Of a DNA stretch of 64,000 bases, positions 29,874 to 40,261 are shown piece by piece (positions within the stretch are counted from its first letter, which is position 1; every line of letters starts with the position of its first letter). The position numbers and the translations under genes were made by a program. The stretch is from an uncultured delta proteobacterium (lineage in GTDB: Bacteria; Desulfobacterota; Desulfobacteria; Desulfobacterales; Desulfosalsimonadaceae), in the NCBI GenBank assembly GCA_963826785.1, contig CAWGYD010000001.1, positions 480,001 through 544,000 of the forward strand. Reading direction: 5' to 3'. The notes under the pieces are model-generated. The model saw only the letters and a list, made by a program, of their open reading frames with translations. It searched no databases and was not told the DNA's origin.

Positions 29874-30740
29874 TCAGCCGTTGACGATCCGGCCGCCGTT
29901 GGGGTGCAGCACCTGGCCGGTCATATAGGATGAATCCGATGATGCCAGAAAAACGTAGCAGGGGGCGATTTCCTCCGGCTGCCCGGCCCGGCCCATAGGG
30001 GTATTGGCCCCGAATTCGGCTACGTGCGATTCGCTGAAGCTGGCCGGAATCAAGGGGGTCCAGACCGGACCCGGCGCCACGGCATTGACCCGGATGCCGT
30101 CTGCAGCCAGGCGGATGGCCATCGACCGGGTAAAGGCCGTGATCGCCCCCTTGGTGGCCGCATAATCGAGCAGCCTGGGATGTCCCTGGTAGGCGGTCAC
30201 CGAAGTGGTGTTGATGATGGCACTCCCGCCGTTGAGGTGGGAAAGCGCCGCCTGGGTCATGAAGAACATGGAAAAAATATTGGTCTTGAAGGTTCGCTCC
30301 AGCTGCTCCCGGGTGATGTCCACCAGGCTGTCGTATTCGTGCTGCTCGCTGGCGTTGTTCACCAGGATGTCCAGGCGGCCGAAGGCGTCGAGCGTTTTTT
30401 CCACGGCATTGTTGCAGAAGGATTCCTCCCCCACATCCCCGGAAATCAGCAGATACCGGCGCCCTTCGTTTTCGATCAGGCGGCCGGTTTCCTGGGCGTC
30501 TTCATGTTCATCCAGGTAGACCACGCAGACGTCGGCGCCTTCCCGGGCGAACAGCACGGCCACGGCCCGGCCGATGCCGCTGTCCCCGCCGGTGATCAGG
30601 GCCGCTTTGCCGTCGAGTTTGCCGCTGCCCCGATAGGGCCGCTCATCGGTTTTGGGCTGCGGGTGCATCCCGGACTGCTCTCCCGGCTGATTTTCCTGGT
30701 GCTGGGGTGGAAACTGCCACTCTTGTTCGTCCATATACAC
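29874..30740 (-). CDS. SDR oxidoreductase, YghA/YhdF general-stress type
   Basis: YRGSGKL.GK.ALITGGDSGIG, YAATK and APGPVWTPLIP. Confidence 0.9.
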   Translation of the reverse strand: MYMDEQEWQFPPQHQENQPGEQSGMHPQPKTDERPYRGSGKLDGKAALITGGDSGIGRAVAVLFAREGADVCVVYLDEHEDAQETGRLIENEGRRYLLISGDVGEESFCNNAVEKTLDAFGRLDILVNNASEQHEYDSLVDITREQLERTFKTNIFSMFFMTQAALSHLNGGSAIINTTSVTAYQGHPRLLDYAATKGAITAFTRSMAIRLAADGIRVNAVAPGPVWTPLIPASFSESHVAEFGANTPMGRAGQPEEIAPCYVFLASSDSSYMTGQVLHPNGGRIVNG

Positions 30741-30782
30741 TTCCTTTTATGGTTAAGGGTTCTAATTTACAATTGATCACCA

Positions 30783-31136
30783 TCAAAATTGAATTTTCTC
30801 CAGTACTCCCTTTGCCTCCTTCAGCCCCTTGCGGTGGATGCCGGTGGCGGGGAATTCGACCCCGGCGACCAGGCTGATGGCGATATTGACCTGCCGTAAA
30901 TGTTTATTGGCGGTCTGGGCTTCCACCAGGTCCCGGGACTGCCGGTGCTTGCCGATCAGCGCATTGCGCAGATGCACCAGGGTCTGCTCCGATCGGTCCG
31001 CGTCCGCATCGAGTTTCACCGGCGGCTGCTTTAAGGCGAATTCGATCTGTTCGACGGCTTTTTGGCACAGGCCGGCCATCTCCTCTGCCGGGGCGCTCTG
31101 TTGTTCGTCTATGATAAATTCGGTGGTGTCATCCAT
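30783..31136 (-). CDS. Hypothetical helical protein at the end of the FDH cluster
   Basis: Begins 3 nt after the NrfD-like gene stop; GGAG RBS; 117 aa. Confidence 0.6.
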   Translation of the reverse strand: MDDTTEFIIDEQQSAPAEEMAGLCQKAVEQIEFALKQPPVKLDADADRSEQTLVHLRNALIGKHRQSRDLVEAQTANKHLRQVNIAISLVAGVEFPATGIHRKGLKEAKGVLEKIQF

Positions 31137-31139
31137 TTC

Positions 31140-32321
31140 CTATCTCCTTTTGAACATCGCGCATACGGCGAACCCCGCGCCTGCGGCCAGCAGTCCGAAG
31201 AGCAGCTTTTTCCCCCTGCCAGGCCGAACCGGCTGTCTTAATGAAGCGGCCTCTATATCGGAGATGCCCGTATGTTCATCTTCACGGCTTTTTCGGACCG
31301 GCTCGCTGGTGAGACTGAGGTAATCCGCCGCGTGCTTTCCCGATTCGCGCCCGGCATAGATGATGCCAAGAAGGAATGTGAGTCCGCCGGCGAGTCCGGA
31401 CAGACCGGCCATCCACCGGACGACGGGGTGTGATTTTCCCGTGGATGCGGATAGCAGCCGAAGCGCAAGGGGAAACGCCGCTCCGGATAAGATGCCCGCC
31501 AGCACCATCTTTTCGTGCCTGGAATGCTGAAAAGAGGCGGCGCTCGCGTGATTTCGCCAGCGCAGAAATGTAATGGCAGCCAAAGACAGCTGAAGGGATT
31601 CGGCGGTCATGGCCATTGTGTCCAGGCGCCGGGCGGCATCTTTGGAGACCGGCATCAGGGAAAGGGCGGCAAAGCCGTTGCAGGCGGCCACCGATGCCAG
31701 CAGCGGCGACATCAGGGGATAGGCACTCACCCACAGGGGCATCTGGGTTTCCTCCAGTTCGGTGCCCGTATAGGCGGACACGACTCCGCCGGCTACAGCA
31801 GCCGGAATTCCGGCCGCCCGGGCCAGGCCCCGGCCGGTTTTTTGCCATCCCAGATCTTCTGCCAGCTGCCCTGCGGCCGCCGCCCCGCTGAGCAAACCCA
31901 GACCCGAGAGTGACCAGACGCCAATGGACATGGGGGAGGTGGGGCGAAAGATGCGAAGCATGTTATACCAGCGCTTACGGGTATGCAGGGCGCTGATGAG
32001 GGTGCCGGGGCTGATACTGGAGCCTGCCAGGGCCAGGTAACGCCCGGCGCGGACCAGGGAACGGTCCTTTCCCCCCCCGATCAAATCGGCCAGGGTGGCC
32101 GTGATCTGGGCGAATCCACCGATCCCTTCGGCAAAGAAGCTGACCGCGGTCAACCACCGGTAATGGCTGTGCTTGAGGGCGGGCATATCGTAGTAGGTGG
32201 GGCCGTCATATGTCGCCGGCACGTTTTTCAGCGGGGTGGTGATGGGAATGAGATCCCGGTCCGGCCATTGCCTCAGCTGTTCGCCCGGCATGGGTTGCAC
32301 CAATTGTTCATGATCCATCAT
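31140..32321 (-). CDS. NrfD/PsrC-family membrane anchor of formate dehydrogenase
   Basis: YYDMPALK..HYRW, NMLRIFRPTSPMSIGVW, YTG.L...P.W; multiple TM helices. Confidence 0.8.
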   Translation of the reverse strand: MMDHEQLVQPMPGEQLRQWPDRDLIPITTPLKNVPATYDGPTYYDMPALKHSHYRWLTAVSFFAEGIGGFAQITATLADLIGGGKDRSLVRAGRYLALAGSSISPGTLISALHTRKRWYNMLRIFRPTSPMSIGVWSLSGLGLLSGAAAAGQLAEDLGWQKTGRGLARAAGIPAAVAGGVVSAYTGTELEETQMPLWVSAYPLMSPLLASVAACNGFAALSLMPVSKDAARRLDTMAMTAESLQLSLAAITFLRWRNHASAASFQHSRHEKMVLAGILSGAAFPLALRLLSASTGKSHPVVRWMAGLSGLAGGLTFLLGIIYAGRESGKHAADYLSLTSEPVRKSREDEHTGISDIEAASLRQPVRPGRGKKLLFGLLAAGAGFAVCAMFKRR

Positions 32322-32400
32322 GATCTCCTGTTTCCTGTTTCCTGTTTCCTTTTCCGTTTTGCGCTGTAAACGAAAGCGCTTCTATGGCCAATCCGCCCGA

Positions 32401-32575
32401 ACACCCCCCTGGCCCCCCTCAAGGGGGGATTCAGATTTAATTCCTCCTCACCCGAAGGGGGATGGAGAAACTTTAATTCCATCCTCCAAAGTGGGATTTA
32501 GCCATTAAAATTAGAACCCCTTCAGATGGAACCGAGCGCTAATTCCCCCCTCGAGGGGGGATAAAGGGGGGTGTC
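32401..32575. repeat. Family A element with degenerate internal units, inside the FDH operon
   Basis: ACACCCCCCTGGCCCCCCTCAAGGGGGGAT ... AATTCCCCCCTCGAGGGGGGATAAAGGGGGGTGT. Confidence 0.85.
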
Positions 32576-32638
32576 GCTGCCGGGCAGATTGCAAACTATT
32601 TTTGTTTTTAAAAGCACTGAACAGCCATGATCATTTCG

Positions 32639-33559
32639 CTATCGCCGGGCGGCAAGGGCCATGGCGGCTGCCGCCGTCAGCCCCGCCACTGCGGCCACCC
32701 CGCTGCCCAGGCTGGACCGGATCCGGGGGGCGGCCAGCCGCGGGTTGGCGGGCAAGTTGTATACTTCCGGAGGCGCCAGGAGCAGGAAAAAGGCGTGGAG
32801 CGCCTCCACGCCCCCGGTGGCCCCGGGTCCGCCGGGAACCCCGTACAGGTAGGCTTCCTTTCTCCCCATCTCCCTGAGGCGCGCAGCCCGGGCGTACGCC
32901 CGATCCACCAGTTCTTCCACCTCGCCGAACTGGATGGAATTGGTGGGGCAGGTCTTGGCGCAGGCCGGCTCCAGCCCGCCTTTTAACCGGTCGTAGCACA
33001 GGGTGCACTTGTGGGCCTTGCCGTCGCGCAGGTTCAGCTCGATCACCCCGAAGGGGCAGGAGGGGACGCAGTAGGCGCAGCCGTTACAGATATCCTCCTG
33101 GACCACCACCGTGTTAAATTCGGTGCGGAACAGGGCGCCGGTGGGGCAGGCCTCCAGGCAACCGGCGCGTTTGCAGTGCTTGCATACATCGCTCATCATC
33201 AGCCAGTGGCTCTGGAAGGGCTTGAGGTGCGTGGCCCGGTGCCCTTCCCGGTCCTTGATCATTTCCACAAACGCCACATGCCGCCAGGTGGCGGCGGACA
33301 AAGCCCGGGTATTGTCGTAGCTCATCCCGGAGATGGCGATCTTGTCCGCGGGCAGGGCGTTCCATTCCTTGCAGGCCACTTCGCAGGCCTTGCACCCGAT
33401 GCACAGGCTGGTGTCGGTGAAAAATCCGTAAGACTTGCCGGGCCGAATGGTCACCCCGGCGGAAAGTTCGGATTCATCGGGGATCATGGCGTTCATGATG
33501 GAATCGGTATAGTCCCTGGCCCGGGGATGGACCGGGGGCGGATAGAGTGGGCCGGTCAT
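32639..33559 (-). CDS. Formate dehydrogenase iron-sulfur (beta) subunit
   Basis: Four 4Fe-4S motifs (CIGCKACEVAC, CKHC..AGCLEACP, CNGCAYCVPSCP, CTLC...CAKTCP); C-terminal TM; ATGA overlap with alpha subunit. Confidence 0.9.
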   Translation of the reverse strand: MTGPLYPPPVHPRARDYTDSIMNAMIPDESELSAGVTIRPGKSYGFFTDTSLCIGCKACEVACKEWNALPADKIAISGMSYDNTRALSAATWRHVAFVEMIKDREGHRATHLKPFQSHWLMMSDVCKHCKRAGCLEACPTGALFRTEFNTVVVQEDICNGCAYCVPSCPFGVIELNLRDGKAHKCTLCYDRLKGGLEPACAKTCPTNSIQFGEVEELVDRAYARAARLREMGRKEAYLYGVPGGPGATGGVEALHAFFLLLAPPEVYNLPANPRLAAPRIRSSLGSGVAAVAGLTAAAAMALAARR

Positions 33560-36500
33560 AGGATCCTCCTGGTTCTTTTTTCCTTGAACAGGTTGCAGGT
33601 AAAGGCCTTTCCTTCGTGGATGGAGGTGTTGGGCTCCCCCACGACGGCGGTCAGGGTATTGGCGATATCGCCGGTGGCGTACCCCTGCCATCCGAAATGC
33701 CAGGGCATGCCGATCTGGTAGATCCTCTGGCCGTTGCTGTAAAAGGGGCGCAGCCGATGGGTTACCAGCACCCGGGCCCGGACCTGTCCCCGGGCGGTGG
33801 CCAGCACCGCCCAGTCGAGGTTGGCCAAATCCTTTTCACGGGCCAGCTCCGGGGGGATCTCGATGAAGCCCTCGGGCATCAGCTCCGCAGTGATGGGGGT
33901 CATGCGGGTGGGAATGGCGCCCGAGTGGTGTTCGGTGAGCCGGTAGGTGGTCATGGCATAGGGGTAGTCCGGGTCGGCCGGGGCATGGTAGGGATTGCTT
34001 TGTCTCACCCATTTCCGGGCCGCCGGGTTGTCCTGCTGTTTGTAGAGCAGGTTGATCACCGGCGACTCCACCGGCTCATAGTGGGTGGGCAGCGGCCCAT
34101 CCTTCAATCCCGACGGGACAAACAAAGATCCTTTGCCGTCCGATATCATGATGAAGGGGGATTTGCCGTCAATGGCCGCCATCCCCTCCGGGTTTTTGGA
34201 CCAGTCCGGTGTCATGCCCGGGGGCTTGGATTTGGAAAAGTCGGGCACGTCGGGCCCATCCCATTTTTCCTTTTCCGCATTCCAGAACATGTAGGATTTT
34301 TTTGCAGACCATGGCTTTCCCGCCGGGTCGGCCGAGGCCCGGTTGTACAGGATGCGGCGGTTGTCCGGCCAGGAGAAGGCCCAGTTGAGGTGCGTCCCCG
34401 GCCCGTCGGCGCCGTCGGGCACCCGGGAGCGGGACCGGTTGTCCCCGTCTTCGGGAAAGATGCCGGAATAGATCCAGCACCCGCAGGCCGTGGAGCCGTC
34501 CGCCTTGATGCTCTTGATGCCCGAAATCTGCTTTTTGTCCGGCCAGGTATATCCGTTGATCTCCTTTAACACCGCCTCGGCCGATGGGTCGCGGTTCTCC
34601 CCCATCTCCGGGTAGTCCCAGGTGAGGGTCTGGATGGGCACGTCCTTTTGATCGGTGCTGTCCCGGTACAGCGCTTTGAGTTTCTTTCCCAGGTGGTAGA
34701 TGAACCAGAGATCGGAGCGGCAGTCGGCCGGCGGCTCCACCACCTTGTCGTGCCACTGGATCAGGCGGTGCAGGTTGGTGTAGGTGCCGTCCTTCTCTCC
34801 CGGCAGGGAGGCCGGCAGCATGAAAATCTCCGTCTGGATCTCGTGGGTTTTTAACGTCCCGTCAGCGATTTCCGGCGACTTGTACCAGAAGGAGGCGGTC
34901 TCGTTTTCAAAGATCTCCCGGACCACCATCCATTCCAGGTTGGGAAGGGCCTTGCGGATCATCTTGCTGTTTGATCCGCCGACCACCGGGTTCTGGCCGA
35001 TCAGGAGCAGGCCCCGGATGACCCCCGAATTGATGGCAAGGGTCATGGGCAGCTGACTGTGATCCCCCATGATCTTGGGGATGCGGTCAAATCCCCAGCC
35101 GTTTTCCGCCCCGGCGCTGTCCCCGTACCAGGCCCGAAGCAGGCTGACGGTGAATTTGGGGAAGTTGTGCCAGTACCCGGTGGGCACGGTTTCGGATTCG
35201 ATGTATTTTTCAAAGGTGTGGTGATAGGGTTTTCGGGCGTTGGGATGCCGCAGGTATCCCGGCAGCATGTTGTACAGGGTGGGGATGTCCGTGCTCCCCT
35301 GGATGCTGCAGTGTCCCCGCAGGGCCAGGATGCCGCCGCCGGGCCGGCCGATGTTGCCCAGCAGGAGCTGGATGATGCCCGCGGCCCGGATGATCTGCAC
35401 CCCGGTGGTGTGATGGGTCCAGCCCACCGCATAGGAGAACGCGCCGGTCTTCTCCGGCCCGCTGTTTTTCGCCAGGGCCTCGGCCACGGAGAGGAAGGTT
35501 TCTTTCGGGCACCCGGTGACCTTCTCCACCATCTCCGGCGTGTAGGCGGCATAATGGCGCTTTAAAATCTGGTAGACGCAGTTTTTATGCTGCAGGGTCA
35601 GGTCCTTGGGGATTTCCCCCTTGCTGAATCGCTTGAGCTTCTCGCTGTAGGATTCCCCGGTGCTCACCTGGTGTTCGGTCAGTGAAGAGGGGACGACCTC
35701 CCCCCGGTACTGCCAGGAGGCCATGTCATAGGAGCGGGTGTCGGCGTCCCACCCGGAAAACAGGCCGTCCAGGTCCGAGGCGTCCTTGAATTCATCGGAG
35801 ATGATGGTGGCGATATTGGTGTAATTTAAGGCATATTCCTTGAACCACAGGTCGTTTTCCAGGATGTAGTTGATGATGCCGCCCAGAAAAGCGATGTCGG
35901 TCCCGCAGCGGATGGGGGCGTAGATGTCGGACAGTGCCGAGGTGCGGGTGAATCGCGGATCCACGTGGATGACCGTCGCCCCCCGCTCTTTTGCCTGCAG
36001 CACGAACCGGAAGGTGATGGGGTGGCATTCGGCCATGTTTGACCCCATGATCACGATGCAGTCGGTGTTGGCCAGGTCCCACTGGGCGGTGGTGGAGGCC
36101 CCCCTGCCGAAGCTTGCGCCCAGACCGGGCACGGAAGCGCTGTGTCAGACCCGGGCCTGGTTTTCCACCCAGACCATGCCCAGGCCGCCGGCGCAGAGCT
36201 TCTTGATGAGATAGTTCTCCTCGTTATCCAGGGTGGCGCCCCCCAGTTCGGCCAGGGCCAGGGTGTGGTTGACGACTGTGCCGTCCGGGAGCGTCTCCAC
36301 AAACGTTTCGTCCCGGGTCTGCTTGATCTTCTCGGCAATCCGGTCCATGGCCCAGTCAAGCGGCTTGTCCTCCCAGTGGTCGGAATAGGGCGCCCGGTAT
36401 TTCACCGTGGTCAGGCGCTGGGGGCTGGAGCAGCCACCCGAAGGTGGCCGCCCCTTTGGGGCACAGGGTTCCCTGGTTGATGGGGCTTCTGGGGTCGCCC

Positions 36501-36736
36501 TCCATGTGGATGATGTCTTCCCCCCTGGCATAGACCAGCTGGGCACACCCCACTGCACAATACGGGCATATGGAGGTGCCCACCCGGTCGGCCTCCTCCA
36601 GGCGCGGCCGCAGCCGCCGGGACAGATCCGATTCGGCGGCTTTGCCCAGCGGGTCCTCGCCCGCCATCTGTTTGGGAAGCGACCAGTTGCGGCGCACTTT
36701 TCCTGCTCTGTCGTTGTCGTTTTGCTTTTCCGGCAT
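33556..36736 (-). CDS. Selenocysteine-containing Mo/W formate dehydrogenase alpha subunit (UGA at 36145-36147; +1 frameshift at G5 run 36420-36424)
   Basis: CPYCAVGC and LCPKG in the first frame; ENQARV-UGA-HSASVPGL; ALRGHCSIQGSTD; no Tat signal. Confidence 0.88.
36116..36132 (-). promoter_or_regulatory. Bacterial SECIS hairpin
   Basis: GUGCCC-GGUCU-GGGCGC starting 12 nt 3' of the in-frame UGA; GGUCU also occurs at the apex of the E. coli fdhF SECIS. Confidence 0.8.
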
Positions 36737-36824
36737 GACTTCTCCTGTATTCCGTTCGAATTTTCGGGGAACTTAATCCGCCAGGTGTTTTAATACGTTG
36801 ATTTTTGGGCTTCCCGCAGGTCCG

Positions 36825-37003
36825 ACACCCCCCAAGCCCCCCTCAAGGGGGGAATCAGGAAGGGGTGCCCCCCCTCGAGAGGGGAATTGAGAAGGGGCCG
36901 CCCCACTGATATATTTATCCCCCCCTTCGTCCCTCTCAATGGGGAATAAAGGAGGGGCGGCTCCCCAGTTATACTCCCCCCTTGAGGGGGGCAGGGGGGG
37001 TGT
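36825..37003. repeat. Family A element with internal tandem units
   Basis: ACACCCCCCAAGCCCCCCTCAAGGGGGGAATC ... CTCCCCCCTTGAGGGGGGCAGGGGGGGTGT. Confidence 0.85.
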
Positions 37004-37063
37004 GCCGACGGCATCCGATGCAAAAACCGCTGGGCGGGGCGCAATGCTTCAAAGGAAGTTCCA

Positions 37064-37300
37064 TTAGCTGAGCGGCTGCACCTTGTGCGCAATTCCCGAG
37101 GCCAGGTTCGGCTCCCCCTCGTACTGGACCATGACCGGTATCTTGAACTTGTGCCAACGGTTCAGCTCCAGGTTGCCCACCGGGGCGGAATGCGAAAGGG
37201 TGAGCAGGTGCCGCCGGCCGACGGCGTCCTTGATCTGAAAACGGTTCTCCTGCACCAGCAGAATTTGGCCGTGGGTCTGTTTGAGCGGTTCTTGCGCCAT
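37064..37300 (-). CDS. Small hypothetical protein upstream of the FDH alpha subunit
   Basis: 78 aa, beta-strand-like pattern (GQILLVQENRFQI...VMVQYEG), AAGGA RBS, co-oriented with fdh. Confidence 0.55.
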   Translation of the reverse strand: MAQEPLKQTHGQILLVQENRFQIKDAVGRRHLLTLSHSAPVGNLELNRWHKFKIPVMVQYEGEPNLASGIAHKVQPLS

Positions 37301-37543
37301 ATTATGGATCCTTTCTATTCAGATAAGCATAATAATCGGTGTGAAGGGCCGGCATTATGGATTGACGGTATTTTGGAAATTGAAGGGGTGTATTTGACCG
37401 CAGAAACAGCGGGGCCGCTCACGCAGGCAGGCGGCATCCGGCCGGTCCCGGGGCTTTGGTGATGCCTGCCATCACCATGTGGATCAATAATCTATTGGAA
37501 AAAAGACGAGATTCGGATGGTTATAGAGAATTGAAAGAGAGGA

Positions 37544-38848
37544 TCATGCTTCCCGGTCGGCCCCTTTACGGATGAGCAAAAACAGCAGGCCCAGGGCAAT
37601 GGCGGAGAGGACGACAAAGACCCAGAATCCCTGGCTGTAGCCCATGTCCGGCGACCATTTGACGAACAGGCCCATGGCCGGGGGGATGACAAACCCGCCG
37701 AATGCGCCCAGCCCGCCCACGATGCCGGATGCGCCGCCCACCGCCGCGGGGCTGTATCGGGGGACCAGCTTGAACACGGCGGCATTGGCAAATCCCATGC
37801 CCAGTGCCATGATCATCTGGCCGGCAAAGGCCAGTGCCGCAGACGCGGTGACCATCACCATCATCACCGCGCCGGCCCCGGTAATGACAAAAGAGGCCAG
37901 CACCATCTTCTCCCCGCCCGCCTTGTCGGCGGCCCATCCCCCCGCCACCCGCAGCAGCGATGAAGAAAGGGAATAGCCGGCGGTCAGGAATCCGGCAGTG
38001 ACGATGCCGGTCTTGAAGAACTCGGACCAGTAGGTGGGAAACCAGACGGTGAGCGCAATGAACCCGCCGAAGGTGGTGAAATAGAAAAAGGTCAGCACCC
38101 AGGTGCGCCAGTCGGCGGCGGCTTTTTTGATGGAGTCCGTGGCGTTTCCGGACGGAACCAGCTCTTCGCCGCAGGCGTTGAGCAGGGCATCCCTGTCGAT
38201 CTCGATCCCCATTTCCCGGTACTGGAAGTAAGGGGCGTCCTTCATGAAGATCATGACCAGGATAAACAGGAGCATCACCGATAAAAACCAGGACAGGTAG
38301 GAAATGGTAAACCCCATGAAGGCCACCATGGAGGGCAGGGCCATGGCAAACAGCCCCGGGGCGAGGTTTCCCAGGCCGGCATACGCCGCCAGCGCCGAGC
38401 CCTGCTTCTTCTGGGGATACCAGTAGGAAACCGTGGGAATCCCCACCGAAAATACGGCGATGCCGCACCCGCACAGGACGCCGGAAAATAAAAACAGCGG
38501 ATACTGGGTGATGGTGGGCGAGGGGTAGAGGGCGAACAGGGCCATGATGGCAAACACCCCCAGCCCGGCCAGGCCCAGCAGGACCAGGATCGGCTTCTTG
38601 CCCCCGGTCCGGTCCACCATGGCCCCGAATGGAATCCGCAGCAGGGACCCGGTCAGGGCGGGGCAGGAGGAGAGCAGCCCGATGAGAAACGCGCCGATGT
38701 CCATGGATTCTTTTATCCGGTGAACAATGGGGCCAAAAGCGCTCACCCCGGCAAACCCGCCGAAAAAAGCCAGGGTGGTCCAGGCCAGGGCCGCCCCTTT
38801 GCTGGATTTGGCATGACAGACAGCGCCGTCTGAGTTGGGTTCAGTCAT
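37544..38848 (-). CDS. narK: Nitrate/nitrite MFS transporter
   Basis: GSLLRIPFG, AGLGNL, YFTTFGGF and GIVGGLGAFGGF; directly downstream of narI. Confidence 0.85.
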   Translation of the reverse strand: MTEPNSDGAVCHAKSSKGAALAWTTLAFFGGFAGVSAFGPIVHRIKESMDIGAFLIGLLSSCPALTGSLLRIPFGAMVDRTGGKKPILVLLGLAGLGVFAIMALFALYPSPTITQYPLFLFSGVLCGCGIAVFSVGIPTVSYWYPQKKQGSALAAYAGLGNLAPGLFAMALPSMVAFMGFTISYLSWFLSVMLLFILVMIFMKDAPYFQYREMGIEIDRDALLNACGEELVPSGNATDSIKKAAADWRTWVLTFFYFTTFGGFIALTVWFPTYWSEFFKTGIVTAGFLTAGYSLSSSLLRVAGGWAADKAGGEKMVLASFVITGAGAVMMVMVTASAALAFAGQMIMALGMGFANAAVFKLVPRYSPAAVGGASGIVGGLGAFGGFVIPPAMGLFVKWSPDMGYSQGFWVFVVLSAIALGLLFLLIRKGADREA

Positions 38849-38919
38849 AAGCTCCCCGTGTTCTTTCGGGTTTCATTGACGGTTCATCAAAAGTCCCAAA
38901 GTCCCGGAAAAAAGTCCGC

Positions 38920-39597
38920 CTACATCTCCCCCGCCCGCCGGCGGAAAACCACGTACCGGCGAAACACGTATGTCACCGGGATGCTCCAGATGTGCACCAG
39001 CCGGGTAAACGGGCTGTATGCCAGCAGGGCCAGGGCCAGGGTGATGTGAAGCTTGAAGGAGACCGGCGCGGCGGCCATCAGTTCCGGTCTGGGGGCCAGC
39101 ACCAGGATGCTGCGGATCCAGGGGGCTACCTTGAACAGCACATCGTATTTGGCAAACAGCAGGTTGTAGAGCCCCAGACCCGACACCAGCAGCAGAAACA
39201 GCAGCAGAAAATAATCGTTTTTCGATGTCGTGGCGAAGATCCGCCCGCGGAGAGTCCGCCGCACCAGCAGCCAGAAGACCCCGAAAACCATGAGGACGCC
39301 GGACAGCAGTCCCAGCCAGCGGGCCACCAGTTCATGGCGGTGGGTATCGAATCCAATCACGTCGTAGAGCGCCTGGGGGATCAGCATCCCGCCGAAGTGG
39401 CCCAGAAAAACGATGATCACCCCCCAGTGGAAAATACTGATGCCGTACCGGAGACTGCTTTTGTCGAGAAGCTGGCTCGACTTGGCATTCCAGTGGGTCC
39501 AGTCGGTGGCGTAGCGAAAGGCGTGGCCGACCACGAACAGGGTCAGCGCCAGGTACGGAAAAATGAGAAATGCCGCAATATTGATGGTTTCAGCCAT
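38920..39597 (-). CDS. narI: Respiratory nitrate reductase gamma subunit (cytochrome b)
   Basis: WNAKSSQLL, FHWG...GH, KLH and PFTRLVHIWS. Confidence 0.92.
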   Translation of the reverse strand: MAETINIAAFLIFPYLALTLFVVGHAFRYATDWTHWNAKSSQLLDKSSLRYGISIFHWGVIIVFLGHFGGMLIPQALYDVIGFDTHRHELVARWLGLLSGVLMVFGVFWLLVRRTLRGRIFATTSKNDYFLLLFLLLVSGLGLYNLLFAKYDVLFKVAPWIRSILVLAPRPELMAAAPVSFKLHITLALALLAYSPFTRLVHIWSIPVTYVFRRYVVFRRRAGEM

Positions 39598-39680
39598 TTT
39601 TCGGTCCGGTGATCATCGTTTTTTTTTGCTTGCCCATATCACTCCGGTAGTGATTTTTGGTTTTCCTGTTCATCCATTGT

Positions 39681-39718
39681 CTCCCCCCTTTTTTTCAAAG
39701 GGGGGCGGGGGGGATTTT
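39681..39718. repeat. Family B palindrome overlapping the narJ stop codon
   Basis: CTCCCCCCTTTTTTTCAAAGGGGGGCGGGGGGGATTT, near-identical to 25267-25301. Confidence 0.8.
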
Positions 39719-40261
39719 TCGCTTGCCCGGCTTCACGCTTTCAAATATCTCGGCCAGGTTTTCAAAAACGCAGCTGTAGGGATTGTCGTTTTCTTTCAAT
39801 CGTCTGGCCAGTTCGGCCACCGGCCGGGCGTAATCGGTCCGGATCCAGTCCAGGTCGCCAAGATCGCACAGGGAGAAAAATTCAAGAACCATGGGAAGAT
39901 AATCCGGCAGTTCCCGGGTGGTCCGTTCAAAGCCGGCCTTTTCGTAGGCTTCGGCAAAGCGCGCCAGGGCCGCCCCCCGCTCCTTGTTGTCGCCATAGCG
40001 GTGGTAGGTCAGGTTCAGGCAGCGGTCCGGATTGAGGTCAAAGGTTTCCGAGTAGGCCTCCTGCAGTTTGAGCAGGGGCGTGTCGAGCAGATATCGGACC
40101 AGGTGATGCAGCCGGTCTTCCCCGGTATCCGCCAGCACCTTTTCCACCCGGGGCCTGGAATAGGCCAGGCTTTCGATCAGATCCTCGTCCGGAAACTGGA
40201 GCAGGGCCGACAGCAGCCGGAACACGTCGCAGATCAGTTTATTGTTGTCTTCGTTTACCAT
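39695..40261 (-). CDS. narJ: Nitrate reductase molybdenum cofactor assembly chaperone
   Basis: LQEAYSETFD, YGDNKERG and ELPDYLPMVLEF. Confidence 0.92.
   Translation of the reverse strand: MVNEDNNKLICDVFRLLSALLQFPDEDLIESLAYSRPRVEKVLADTGEDRLHHLVRYLLDTPLLKLQEAYSETFDLNPDRCLNLTYHRYGDNKERGAALARFAEAYEKAGFERTTRELPDYLPMVLEFFSLCDLGDLDWIRTDYARPVAELARRLKENDNPYSCVFENLAEIFESVKPGKRKIPPAPL

Noticed and set aside
36145..36147. True stop or nonsense mutation in FDH alpha
   Set aside because: UGA sits at the conserved Cys/Sec position, the frame continues and a SECIS-like hairpin follows
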